From the NCBI GenBank assembly GCA_000992305.1, contig LBTY01000002.1, positions 37,490 through 101,489 of the forward strand: a stretch of 64,000 bases of DNA, given 5' to 3'. The stretch's first letter is position 1; each line of letters opens with the position of its first letter. Source of the DNA: a candidate division TM6 bacterium GW2011_GWF2_38_10 (GTDB lineage: Bacteria > Babelota > Babeliae > Babelales > RVW-14). Both the position numbers and the translations under genes were made by a program. Below the pieces are notes generated by a model. The model had not been told where the DNA came from. It did no database searches and saw nothing but the letters and a program-made list of their open reading frames with translations. Of the stretch, positions 32,530 to 41,744 are shown piece after piece.

Positions 32530-34767
32530 ATGAAGATAATTCGAAAAAATATAGGCGTTGGCTTGATACGTGCTCTGACCACTGGGATATTTATAGCAGG
32601 ATTATGTTGCTTGTGGTGTGTTATACCAAGTTCTACGGTTGAAGCAAAATCAAAAAAACATAAAAAAAAGCATGAGACTGAGTTATCATTTTCTGTTTTG
32701 CAAGACCTAGGGCTTCAGGTTCCTGCGTATGATGATTCTATTGTGCGTCAAACAGAACATGTGTTAGGGAAGTTTGAGGCGCAGGTAAAAGAGCAGCTTG
32801 ATAAACTTAATGATCAAGCGCAGCGTTCTATTGAATCTATACAAGCTGAGATGGAACAAAAAGCCCATGAAATCAGAAAAGAGTCTAAGGTTGAAGCTGA
32901 TTTTGTATTGCAAGAGGCCGAAGAAAACGCTCAAGCATTATTACAAGAAGCTCAAGAACGGGCACATGAGGTTGCTCAAGAAGTTTACGAGCGTGCGCAG
33001 CAGTTAAAAAGGGATGCCGCACTTCAGGCGGTTGATCTTATTAATCAGGCCGAAGAACGTGCGATAAAAGAGCGGCAAGAAAAGCGTAAGCGCTCATTGC
33101 TTAAAAAAATTGAAGCTATTCAAACAGATCAGGGCGTTATTCACTATCATGAACCTATAGATACTACTCCTCTTGAGCGCTGGCGGAAAGAAATGGCTCA
33201 TGCGTTCAAAAACGATAATACATTTATGCAAGATATTATAGTTGCAGGTGAAGAGCCTATGCATGTGGATGATTTTATAAAACGCTTTCAAGATCAAGAG
33301 CATTGGTTTGATAAAACGTTGCGTGGAACTCAGGTTGAACATGATGAATCGTATAAAAAAATTGTAAAAAAACAAAGCCTTTTACATTCGGTTGTCGGTG
33401 CCCAGCGTAAGGCAGATTTGGTGTTACTTGATGTTGTACGGAAACTTTCGCTTGATGAGCAAAGCAGAAAAAAAATACGCTTGTTAATTTTATATGAATT
33501 AAATGCTGCAATTCAAAAGGCGTTGGTTGAGCCGGCGGCTGCACATCATTCATTGGTTCGAATGGATGATGGTTATGATCACATTATTTTGCACGATGGG
33601 TTTATACGAAATATCGTACTAAATATTGCACATGAGGCTACGGGAAGGATTTTGGCTGCTTATCCGGATTTTGTTTCTCAGGTGCCTGTCAGTAAGCCAA
33701 GCGAAAGTGTTGAAGCTTCGGCTTCTGTTGCTGCTGCGCCTGAAAAACCTTTGCAACCACAGGCAGTTGCTGCCGTGGCGGCAGAGGATAAAAAAAATCA
33801 GGAAATTGTAGCTCAATACGATGATTTAGTAAAGGCGACTAAATCGCTTAAAAAAGAAGTTAAAAGTCAACTGCGTGATAAGAGCCAGCAGGAATTAGAA
33901 GCAAAGTTAATGGTTAGGGAATTAACCGCCACGTTGGAACATCAAAAAAAGAGTGCCGAGATTGATAAGCAGGTAGCTATAGCACATGTTCGCGATCATT
34001 ATATTCCTCAGCTTGAGGCCAAAGACAAAGAAGCGTTAGATTTGAAATTACAAGTTACATCAGCCAACCAGCATGTTGATCGCTTGGATGAAGAGGTAAA
34101 ACAGGCTGAAAAAAAACTAGGTATGATGCATGGAGATTTACAGGCGGCCCAAAAAGAAGCTGCGCGAGCAAAAGAATTAGTGGAACGTTTTGAAAAAGAT
34201 TTGCGTCATGAGCGTTCTGCAAAAGTGGTTGCAGAGCAGCGCGCTGGGCTTGTAGAAGATTTGTCATCGCAGGCTATTAGTGAATATGCTCGCTTGGTGC
34301 ATGAGCGCATTGCCGCAATGCATGCAAAAGTTGACCACATTGAGCTTTCGTATAAAGACAAGGAAGCTGTATTAAAAAATATGGAACGTGATATGCGTGC
34401 CAAAGAATCTGAATTGCAGCTTAAACAGCGGGCAATAGAAGACCAAAAAACGCTCGTTGAGCAATTACGCAATGCTGTGAGCCTTAACCAAAAAGAACTT
34501 GACGAAATACGGCATGATGTTCGTGGATTATTGCAAACACAAAAGGATTTTGTACGTAGAGAACGTGAATCTCTGAACAAAGAAAGTGTTGTTGTTGACT
34601 TGAAAAAGTTGACTAATGAATATCAGGAACATGAGCAACGTAGTATTGCTCATAATGTTGAGAAGCTAACTGCTGCAGAGCAAGAAAACCAAAATAGGCG
34701 TAAATTGGAACATGAATTATCATGCTTAATTGATTTGCAAGATAGTTTACTTGCTATGGATAAGTAA
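32530..34767 (+). CDS. Large exported or anchored coiled-coil protein
   Basis: Signal/TM region, long E/K/Q/A heptad stretches; start ATG 32530 after GGTGGGG. Confidence 0.75.
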   Translation: MKIIRKNIGVGLIRALTTGIFIAGLCCLWCVIPSSTVEAKSKKHKKKHETELSFSVLQDLGLQVPAYDDSIVRQTEHVLGKFEAQVKEQLDKLNDQAQRSIESIQAEMEQKAHEIRKESKVEADFVLQEAEENAQALLQEAQERAHEVAQEVYERAQQLKRDAALQAVDLINQAEERAIKERQEKRKRSLLKKIEAIQTDQGVIHYHEPIDTTPLERWRKEMAHAFKNDNTFMQDIIVAGEEPMHVDDFIKRFQDQEHWFDKTLRGTQVEHDESYKKIVKKQSLLHSVVGAQRKADLVLLDVVRKLSLDEQSRKKIRLLILYELNAAIQKALVEPAAAHHSLVRMDDGYDHIILHDGFIRNIVLNIAHEATGRILAAYPDFVSQVPVSKPSESVEASASVAAAPEKPLQPQAVAAVAAEDKKNQEIVAQYDDLVKATKSLKKEVKSQLRDKSQQELEAKLMVRELTATLEHQKKSAEIDKQVAIAHVRDHYIPQLEAKDKEALDLKLQVTSANQHVDRLDEEVKQAEKKLGMMHGDLQAAQKEAARAKELVERFEKDLRHERSAKVVAEQRAGLVEDLSSQAISEYARLVHERIAAMHAKVDHIELSYKDKEAVLKNMERDMRAKESELQLKQRAIEDQKTLVEQLRNAVSLNQKELDEIRHDVRGLLQTQKDFVRRERESLNKESVVVDLKKLTNEYQEHEQRSIAHNVEKLTAAEQENQNRRKLEHELSCLIDLQDSLLAMDK

Positions 34768-34932
34768 TATTGATTGAATGTGTTCTTTTTATTACAATAC
34801 AAAAAATACTATTTTATAGTAGTTTATAAAATTATTTTGTATTTATTATTAGTGTGGTATCCTTTGTAAAAAGGAGTGTGTGTTATACGTGTTGATAAAA
34901 CAACGTATCAAAAAATGAAGGAGGAACGGTAG

Positions 34933-35115
34933 ATGAAGTGTCCAAAGTGCGGAGGCTTGCTTGTTTTACAGTCATTCTTTGACCACTTTATCAACTTTGA
35001 GGGTTGGAAATGTCTTAATTGTGGTAAGGTGATTGAAAAGCGAGAAAATACAATTAAGGACGATGCGTTTAGCTTATTTTATCAACGTCAAAAGAACAAA
35101 AGGCAAACTGATTGA
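34933..35115 (+). CDS. Small zinc-ribbon protein
   Basis: CPKC..WKCLNCG; strong SD AAGGAGG; stop overlaps tsaB start. Confidence 0.8.
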   Translation: MKCPKCGGLLVLQSFFDHFINFEGWKCLNCGKVIEKRENTIKDDAFSLFYQRQKNKRQTD

Positions 35116-35819
35116 AACCAGCACCAGTTACATTTATAAGTGTTCAGGGAACATACAATAAAATTGAATTAGCATTGTTTTGTAATGATCATTGTCTTGA
35201 TCATGTTGTTCAGATTGATGTTAAAGCAAGTTCACATCTTATTCCATTACTTCAGAACATGCTTGAAAAACATTCATTAACACTTTCCAATCTTTCTTTT
35301 ATTGCAGTTGATCACGGTCCAGGAGCGTTTACTTCATTACGAGTGACGCTATCTACGGTTAATGGTATCGCTTTTGCGGCAGGGATTCCTGTTGTCGGGG
35401 TGAGTGGTCTTCATGCGTTACTTTATCAAGCCCAACAGCATATCCTTACTGAATCTTCTAAAAAACGTTGCTTTATTGCTTTGCTTAATGCTTTTAACGC
35501 AGATGTTTATTACCTGATTGCATCCGAAGGGGCAACGCCGTGGATTGGGTGTAAAAATAGCGATGTATTACTCGATGAGCTCGTTGATCTTAAATCTACT
35601 TATGATTTTGTATGGATAGGAAATGGTGTTCGTTTGAGTATCAAAGAGACTGATGTGCGATTTGATATAACATCGCTGCAGATAGTTTCAACGGTGTGCG
35701 ATGTTGCGTGTGCAACTGCCATTGGGCATCTTGCGTATCAACGTTGGCAGCAGGATGGTGGGAGTACTCAGGTTGAACCATACTATTTAAAAACTCAGTT
35801 GTTTGCTGTAAAAAAATAA
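35112..35819 (+). CDS. tsaB: t6A biosynthesis protein TsaB
   Basis: IAVDHGPGAFTSLRV, EPYYLK. Confidence 0.9.
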   Translation: MKPAPVTFISVQGTYNKIELALFCNDHCLDHVVQIDVKASSHLIPLLQNMLEKHSLTLSNLSFIAVDHGPGAFTSLRVTLSTVNGIAFAAGIPVVGVSGLHALLYQAQQHILTESSKKRCFIALLNAFNADVYYLIASEGATPWIGCKNSDVLLDELVDLKSTYDFVWIGNGVRLSIKETDVRFDITSLQIVSTVCDVACATAIGHLAYQRWQQDGGSTQVEPYYLKTQLFAVKK

Positions 35820-36566
35820 TTATCGAATCAGGCTGGCAATAGATCCAAGTCCCACAGCTACGGCCTCTTGGGCCCGCAATATGGTTGAGGTTAGGCTACA
35901 ACTGATAAATCCTTTTTCCTTAAGCATACATTCTTCTTGTTCAGTAATGCCCCCTTCTGGGCCAAAAAATAAAGAAATAGAAGATGGCTTTTGATTTTTT
36001 AGCGTTGTTGCAATTTCAAAAAGTGATTGTCTTGTGTCTTCAAAATAAAGTCCAACACTTTCACTCTGCACGTAGGGAACCGCTTCAAGTTTAAGGGGTT
36101 GGCGCAGCTCGGGAATGGTAAATGATTTTGCTTGTTCACATGCGGCAATCATGATGTTAAAAAGACGTTCATGGTCTTTTTCTGCATTCCATGCACGTTG
36201 TGTTTTTTGTGTGAGAATAGGTTGAAGCGAATATGCTCCCATCTGCGCGGCGTAATATGCTACATGTTCAAATGCTTCTTTTTTTAACAGTGTTGGCATA
36301 AGGAATAGTGGTGTGGATGGGGGGTGTGGTTTTTGTATGTCGCAAATGGCACCAAAGACATAATCTTTTTTTGCAAGGGTTTGTTCATCGATGGTTATGT
36401 TGTATACCATGGTTCCATCAAATAGAATTAATGGTTCTTGTGGTTTTAGACGCAAGATATTTGTTATACGGTGGCGAAGTTGTTTATCTTTGATGATGAG
36501 AACGTCTTTTTCATGGTAGTTATGCAGATTGGGGTGGTACAGGGCAAAAATATGAGCATTATTCAT
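35820..36566 (-). CDS. rsmE: 16S rRNA m3U1498 methyltransferase
   Basis: LRL, AACEQA, FGPEGG, ILRAQEA. Confidence 0.9.
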   Translation of the reverse strand: MNNAHIFALYHPNLHNYHEKDVLIIKDKQLRHRITNILRLKPQEPLILFDGTMVYNITIDEQTLAKKDYVFGAICDIQKPHPPSTPLFLMPTLLKKEAFEHVAYYAAQMGAYSLQPILTQKTQRAWNAEKDHERLFNIMIAACEQAKSFTIPELRQPLKLEAVPYVQSESVGLYFEDTRQSLFEIATTLKNQKPSSISLFFGPEGGITEQEECMLKEKGFISCSLTSTILRAQEAVAVGLGSIASLIR

Positions 36567-36583
36567 AAGGATAATTTTTGGGG

Positions 36584-36976
36584 TTATGTATTTTTTTTAA
36601 GAAGTTTATAAACATATGCAGAAACACCGCCAAGAAAAGCAATAGCCGCGCAGGCTTTATACAATGTTTGATGATTTTTGATATGTTCTTGGGCTTCAAG
36701 TTGTTTAAGATAGAGTGCTTCTTTAAGCAGTTGCATTTTGTACGTTATGGAAGATGATTCTTCGGTTGCATCTTCGAGAGAGCTTAGATCATCAAGATCA
36801 ATTTCAAGAATTTCTTCATCAAAATTGCAAGGCAAGGTATTTTTATCAAGTATCGTGTGTTCTGTGCATGGGTGTTGTTGTGAAAGATGTTCGTGTCCGC
36901 TGCAGATACTATACAAAAATAGGTTAAGGCAGAGGGTGTATGGTACAATACGTTTGGTGGTGATACAATTAATCAT
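36584..36976 (-). CDS. Hypothetical protein with signal peptide and C-terminal TM anchor
   Basis: AAGGAA SD; acidic core; terminal hydrophobic helix followed by KLLKK. Confidence 0.65.
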   Translation of the reverse strand: MINCITTKRIVPYTLCLNLFLYSICSGHEHLSQQHPCTEHTILDKNTLPCNFDEEILEIDLDDLSSLEDATEESSSITYKMQLLKEALYLKQLEAQEHIKNHQTLYKACAAIAFLGGVSAYVYKLLKKNT

Positions 36977-37088
36977 AAAATTCCTTTAATGTATGTTGAG
37001 ACTTTTGGTGGGTTGTTATGGTTTGTTTTGGTTTATTGTACTAAAAAAAAACGGGAATAAAAACTTTTTTTAAGGAAGGGTGGTTTTT

Positions 37089-38642
37089 ATGGACATTGTT
37101 AAGACGCCTCCAACATTGTTGGTTATTTTGGATGGCTTTGGGTATAAAAAAGAACGTGAAGGAAATGCCATAGCGCATGCTCATATGCCTCATTGGAAAA
37201 ATGTGTGGGCGCATTATCCTCGCGTGTTGTTGCATGCAAGTGGTGAGCATGTAGGGCTGCTGCCGGGGTTTATTGGAAATTCAGAAGTTGGTCATTTGAC
37301 CCTTGGCGCAGGAAAAGTTGTGCAATCTGTTTTAAAAAAGTTTCATGATGCGATTGCGAATAAACAATTTTTTTCCCATGCAGTTTTGCTCCGGCGGTTT
37401 GAGCAAATTCGTCAATCGGGTGGCGCTTTGCATCTTATGGGGTTACTTTCTGATGGGGGCGTGCATAGCCATGAAGAACATCTTCATGCCCTTATTACAT
37501 TAGCTTGTCAGTGCGGGCTTTCTAACGTTTTTATTCATGCTTTTTTAGATGGGCGGGATGTGCCGCAGCAGAGTGCTGCTGACTATTTACGTCGACTTGA
37601 TCGTGTGTGTGCAGATGTTGGATGTGGCAAGTTGGCAAGTATGCATGGGCGTTTTTTTGCTATGGATCGTGATAAAAATTGGCAGCGTACGCAAAAAACA
37701 TTTGATTGTTTAACGGGTGTTTCTGCCCAGACTGCTCAATCATGGAATGATTATCTTATGGCATCATATGCTCAAGGCGTTTATGATGAATTTGTAGAGC
37801 CTGTTCAGTTTTTACCTGATGCTTTTGTTAAACCTGGTGATGGGGTGGTATTTTTTAATTTTAGACCTGATAGGGCGCGGCAGCTTACCCGGGCTTTTAT
37901 TGATCCTGCTTTGCATGAGATTCGGCGGGAAGGGGTGGTTCCGAGTGATCTTGCATTTTTTGTGACAACTACCAGTTACCAAGATGATTTTGCGGCGATG
38001 GGTAATGAAATATTATTTGAGCGTGATACGGCAGGAGAAACGCTGATTGATTGCATTCATCACGCTCGGCCAGAAGAAAAAATAGTTGTTATTGCAGAGA
38101 CTGAAAAATATGCTCATGTTACGTATTTTTTTCATGGCATGAATGAGCAGCAGGGGGAGTATGAAACACGTATTTTAGTGCCATCTATCAAAACAAAGAC
38201 GTATGTAGACTATCCTGAAATGTCGGCGTTGGAAATAACGTCTCATGTTATTTCATCACTGCGTAATGATCCTGCTTTTTTTTATCTTATTAATTATGCC
38301 AATCTTGATATGGTTGGGCATTCTGGTGATTTTAATGCAGTGGTCAAAGCTTGTAATTTTATAGATCAGCAGATTGGCGTGTTGTACGATCTTGTTGTAA
38401 AGCACATGGGTGGAACTATTTTTTTTGTTGGTGATCATGGAAATGCTGAAGAAATGATTGGTGAGCATATGACGTCACACACGACAAATCCAGTTCCGTT
38501 TGTAAAAGTTCAGCAACATACGCAACAACAAGATGCTTTATTGCGTGAGCCTTGTTATGGTTTATCGCATGTTGCTGGAACTATTTTACATCATTTAGAA
38601 ATTCCCATTCCTCAAGCGATGGATGATGCTCTTAAGATTTAG
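37089..38642 (+). CDS. gpmI: 2,3-BPG-independent phosphoglycerate mutase
   Basis: LDGFG, GNSEVGH, SDGGVHSH, AETEKYAHVT, DMVGH, DHGNAE. Confidence 0.98.
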   Translation: MDIVKTPPTLLVILDGFGYKKEREGNAIAHAHMPHWKNVWAHYPRVLLHASGEHVGLLPGFIGNSEVGHLTLGAGKVVQSVLKKFHDAIANKQFFSHAVLLRRFEQIRQSGGALHLMGLLSDGGVHSHEEHLHALITLACQCGLSNVFIHAFLDGRDVPQQSAADYLRRLDRVCADVGCGKLASMHGRFFAMDRDKNWQRTQKTFDCLTGVSAQTAQSWNDYLMASYAQGVYDEFVEPVQFLPDAFVKPGDGVVFFNFRPDRARQLTRAFIDPALHEIRREGVVPSDLAFFVTTTSYQDDFAAMGNEILFERDTAGETLIDCIHHARPEEKIVVIAETEKYAHVTYFFHGMNEQQGEYETRILVPSIKTKTYVDYPEMSALEITSHVISSLRNDPAFFYLINYANLDMVGHSGDFNAVVKACNFIDQQIGVLYDLVVKHMGGTIFFVGDHGNAEEMIGEHMTSHTTNPVPFVKVQQHTQQQDALLREPCYGLSHVAGTILHHLEIPIPQAMDDALKI

Positions 38643-39930
38643 GATTATAAGAAGGATTTGGGCCTTTAGTTCCCTTAACCCATGCAGCAATAATGCCACT
38701 TAAAAAAAGAGCTAAGATGGAAAAGGAGATGCCTGCTTGTATAATGCGAATGAACGAAATGGTCATAAGAATTGTGCATGAGGCAAAACCAGCAAGCGGG
38801 ATCCATCGGTTCAGTTTTATATTAGTGATAATTTTAGTTGCTTGATAGGCGGCTGTAACATTAAGAAAAAGGGCAAATGCTTGGGGAAAAATCGACATGT
38901 TTTGCAATATTGTTTGTTCGCTTGTTATGGTTATGACAAAGGCACACAAGCTTCCTTCGACGATGAGACTTGCCCAAGGGACGTTAGTTTTACTTATTTT
39001 AGCAAGTGTTTTAGAAAAAGGGAGGTGGTTATTTTTTGCCATGGCATGCAAATTCCAACAGTTACTTGTCATAAGTGAATAAAAACCGCCGAAAACGGCC
39101 GCATATGCTGCGCCATTAATGATGTGAGCGATGGTTGGATATGATGGTAAAAATGAAAGTCCCATTGCTAAAACAGAATATTTTGTAGTTGTGAGTGTAG
39201 CGCCAAGACTTGCATACGAAAGCATTTGAAAAAGAATATTGATACTTGCAACAATGAGAAATGCCGAGATAATGACTCGTTTGATGTTTTTTGCAGAATC
39301 TTGAATGAGATGTCCTACGGCGCAAATAACTTCAAATCCCATTAATGCAAAAGCAGCAATTGATATGGTCCAGACGCTGTTTGCAACGTGAGCTTGGGTG
39401 AACATATAATAAGAAGGATTAAAGCTTTTGATGCCAACAAAAAATGCAAATAAGATGGGAATAGCTTTGAGAATGGTAAAAAGATATTGTATTTTTCCGC
39501 CGATAAAAACACCAGCAATGTTTATGGTAACAAAAAATGCAATCATTACATATTCAAGCGTTAGCGTTGGATATTGTGCAAGAAATGGTGAGTACCCTTG
39601 AAAAAATTCGAGAGCTTTAAAAAGCAGGAGTGATATTGCAATTGTTTTTCCAATAAAATAAAACCAGATAGCGCAAAATCCCCACGCTCTGCCAAGATAG
39701 GATGTTACATATGCATAAAACCCTCCAGAAACAGGGTGTAACTGGGCAAGGGTTGCAATACTTAAAATAATGGGCAAAAAGAGTAATGCTGAAAAAACAT
39801 ATCCCATAAATCCTAGTGGGCCTGCAATTTGTGAAAGCGGTTGAGGATTTATAAATAATCCTGCTCCAATCATGGAGTTAATGCAAATAAGAATAGCAAT
39901 CGAAATAGGTATTTTTTTTATCATGGCCAT
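38632..39930 (-). CDS. APC-family amino acid permease
   Basis: MIGAGLF, GGFYAY, GFE motifs, about 12 TM helices. Confidence 0.9.
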   Translation of the reverse strand: MAMIKKIPISIAILICINSMIGAGLFINPQPLSQIAGPLGFMGYVFSALLFLPIILSIATLAQLHPVSGGFYAYVTSYLGRAWGFCAIWFYFIGKTIAISLLLFKALEFFQGYSPFLAQYPTLTLEYVMIAFFVTINIAGVFIGGKIQYLFTILKAIPILFAFFVGIKSFNPSYYMFTQAHVANSVWTISIAAFALMGFEVICAVGHLIQDSAKNIKRVIISAFLIVASINILFQMLSYASLGATLTTTKYSVLAMGLSFLPSYPTIAHIINGAAYAAVFGGFYSLMTSNCWNLHAMAKNNHLPFSKTLAKISKTNVPWASLIVEGSLCAFVITITSEQTILQNMSIFPQAFALFLNVTAAYQATKIITNIKLNRWIPLAGFASCTILMTISFIRIIQAGISFSILALFLSGIIAAWVKGTKGPNPSYNPKS

Positions 39931-40003
39931 AATAAGCCCTCCTTTTTAGGAAAAAAACAAGATAAAACAACAAATGGGGCCGTATGGCCTAATGGGGCAT
40001 GAT

Positions 40004-40561
40004 TTAACGCTTTTTATGCGTTACGCCCACGATGTATAACAATGGTTTAAGTATAAAATCGCCAATAATAAAAGGATATAATCCACAAGCATAGAGGGTT
40101 GCGCTGGGAACAAACCAAGACAGTTGAAAAAGTCCGCACCCAAAGTAGATACCAGCGGAAATCCAAAAGCGTGCGATATGGGTGATCCAAGATTTTTTAT
40201 GGTATGTATACGATAACTTCATAAAAATTGCGGCGAGTAAAAATCCCCAAAGGTATCCTCCCGTTGGGCCCAAAAGACATATAAGTCCACCATGTGCTTG
40301 CGCAAAAAAAGGTGCACCGCAAGATCCTTGAAGAAGGTAGGCGCCATATGCAGAGATTGCTGTCCAGCCAAAGTAGTGGATGCAAATAAAGATGGGAACA
40401 GGATGAATACTGAGTGGCACAAGGTTAAAGGGAAGAGGGATGCTTATTTGTGCGCAAAGAGCATATATCCATGAGAGAATGAGAGTCATTGCTATTGGTG
40501 ATAAAAAATCTTTACGAGTAATTATCGAGCCTTGGTGGCTTTCTTTTTTTATAATGTTCAT
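40004..40561 (-). CDS. bioY: Biotin transporter BioY
   Basis: AQISIPLPF..VP, GPTGGYLWGF, PFIIGD. Confidence 0.92.
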   Translation of the reverse strand: MNIIKKESHQGSIITRKDFLSPIAMTLILSWIYALCAQISIPLPFNLVPLSIHPVPIFICIHYFGWTAISAYGAYLLQGSCGAPFFAQAHGGLICLLGPTGGYLWGFLLAAIFMKLSYTYHKKSWITHIARFWISAGIYFGCGLFQLSWFVPSATLYACGLYPFIIGDFILKPLLYIVGVTHKKR

Positions 40562-40665
40562 GATAATAATTTATTTTCTTTTAAAAACCGAAGAGGAGCA
40601 TTACACGATTTATTTATTGCATAATAGCGTAATTTAATTTTTTATACAAGTAAACAGCGCGTAAT

Positions 40666-41355
40666 TTATAATGCGGGGATGTCAATACACATTGAGTATG
40701 CCAATACGGTGATCATGGTTTTTAGATTATTACATTTTTGTATGTTATGAGGTGAAGGGTTTTTTATTGTTTTTAAGATGTTGTAAGTATTCATTGCAAT
40801 ATCTAGAGCATTTTGGTTGAATTCATTTTTTTCATGAATTAAGTTTGGTTGGGCGATTGAGCGTAATAAAAAACTTACAAGATCATTATTGTAAATGTCG
40901 TAATGAAGAGGGTTGTTAACGGTATATTGTGAATTATGTTTTTTGGGTTGAGTTTTTTTATGAGATTTTGTGGTTTGAGGTGATGTAGGGAGTAATGTAT
41001 TTTGGATGGCTTTTGGTGCTAAGTTTAATGGGGCTTGGGATCGTTTTTTCGTTGTATTGGTATTTGTGTTAGACTTATTTTTTGCTTCTATATTTGCTTC
41101 GTTGTCTATAAGAAGTTTGCATATTCGGGGGTTGTTATATTGAATCGCAAGGGTTAAAGGCATTATGTTGTCGAATATTGGTTGATTTACGTTTGCTCCA
41201 TGGTTAATGCAAGCTCTACATTTTTTTAGATTTCTGGTTATTATGGCATCAATGAAATGTTCTTGTATGCTTTGTTGGGTTGCTGCGTTATAGTTCATAG
41301 CGCAGCATGATGTTGTGATAAAGCTAAGGATGAGAATATAATTTTTTAAAAACAT
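40666..41355 (-). CDS. Secreted ankyrin-repeat protein
   Basis: Signal peptide; HGANVN..PLTLAI..ICKLLIDNEANIE; NPLH..NALDIA. Confidence 0.8.
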   Translation of the reverse strand: MFLKNYILILSFITTSCCAMNYNAATQQSIQEHFIDAIITRNLKKCRACINHGANVNQPIFDNIMPLTLAIQYNNPRICKLLIDNEANIEAKNKSNTNTNTTKKRSQAPLNLAPKAIQNTLLPTSPQTTKSHKKTQPKKHNSQYTVNNPLHYDIYNNDLVSFLLRSIAQPNLIHEKNEFNQNALDIAMNTYNILKTIKNPSPHNIQKCNNLKTMITVLAYSMCIDIPAL

Positions 41356-41624
41356 AATAAATTCCTTAAAAAAAACTTTTTATAGTACTTTTTTGATGTA
41401 AGTAGAACGAGTTCCAATTTTTATGGGGATTGTGATTATACGGATCTTTATTTTTTTGTAAAACACCCTTGGTTTTTTGTGTATTATTATTATTTCTTAT
41501 GAGCACAAAGGGTATTTTGATTGGCTTTTTGCTGAATTGTTTAATTTATATTTAAGATGCAAATTGAAAATTTAATAGATTATCCAGGTGTTGTAGATTG
41601 TGATCTGGGTTGATTTGTACGGTC

Positions 41625-41659
41625 TTTTATGTGATAAAAAAAAATTATATCACATAAAA
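41625..41659. promoter_or_regulatory. 12-bp perfect inverted repeat upstream of hppA
   Basis: TTTTATGTGATA-11 nt-TATCACATAAAA. Confidence 0.5.
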
Positions 41660-41744
41660 CTTTACTTTATTTGTTTTGATTTTTAAAATCTCTAGTACTT
41701 TGTTTAATTGTAACAAACTAACATGTGTAACCTTTAGGAGTTTT

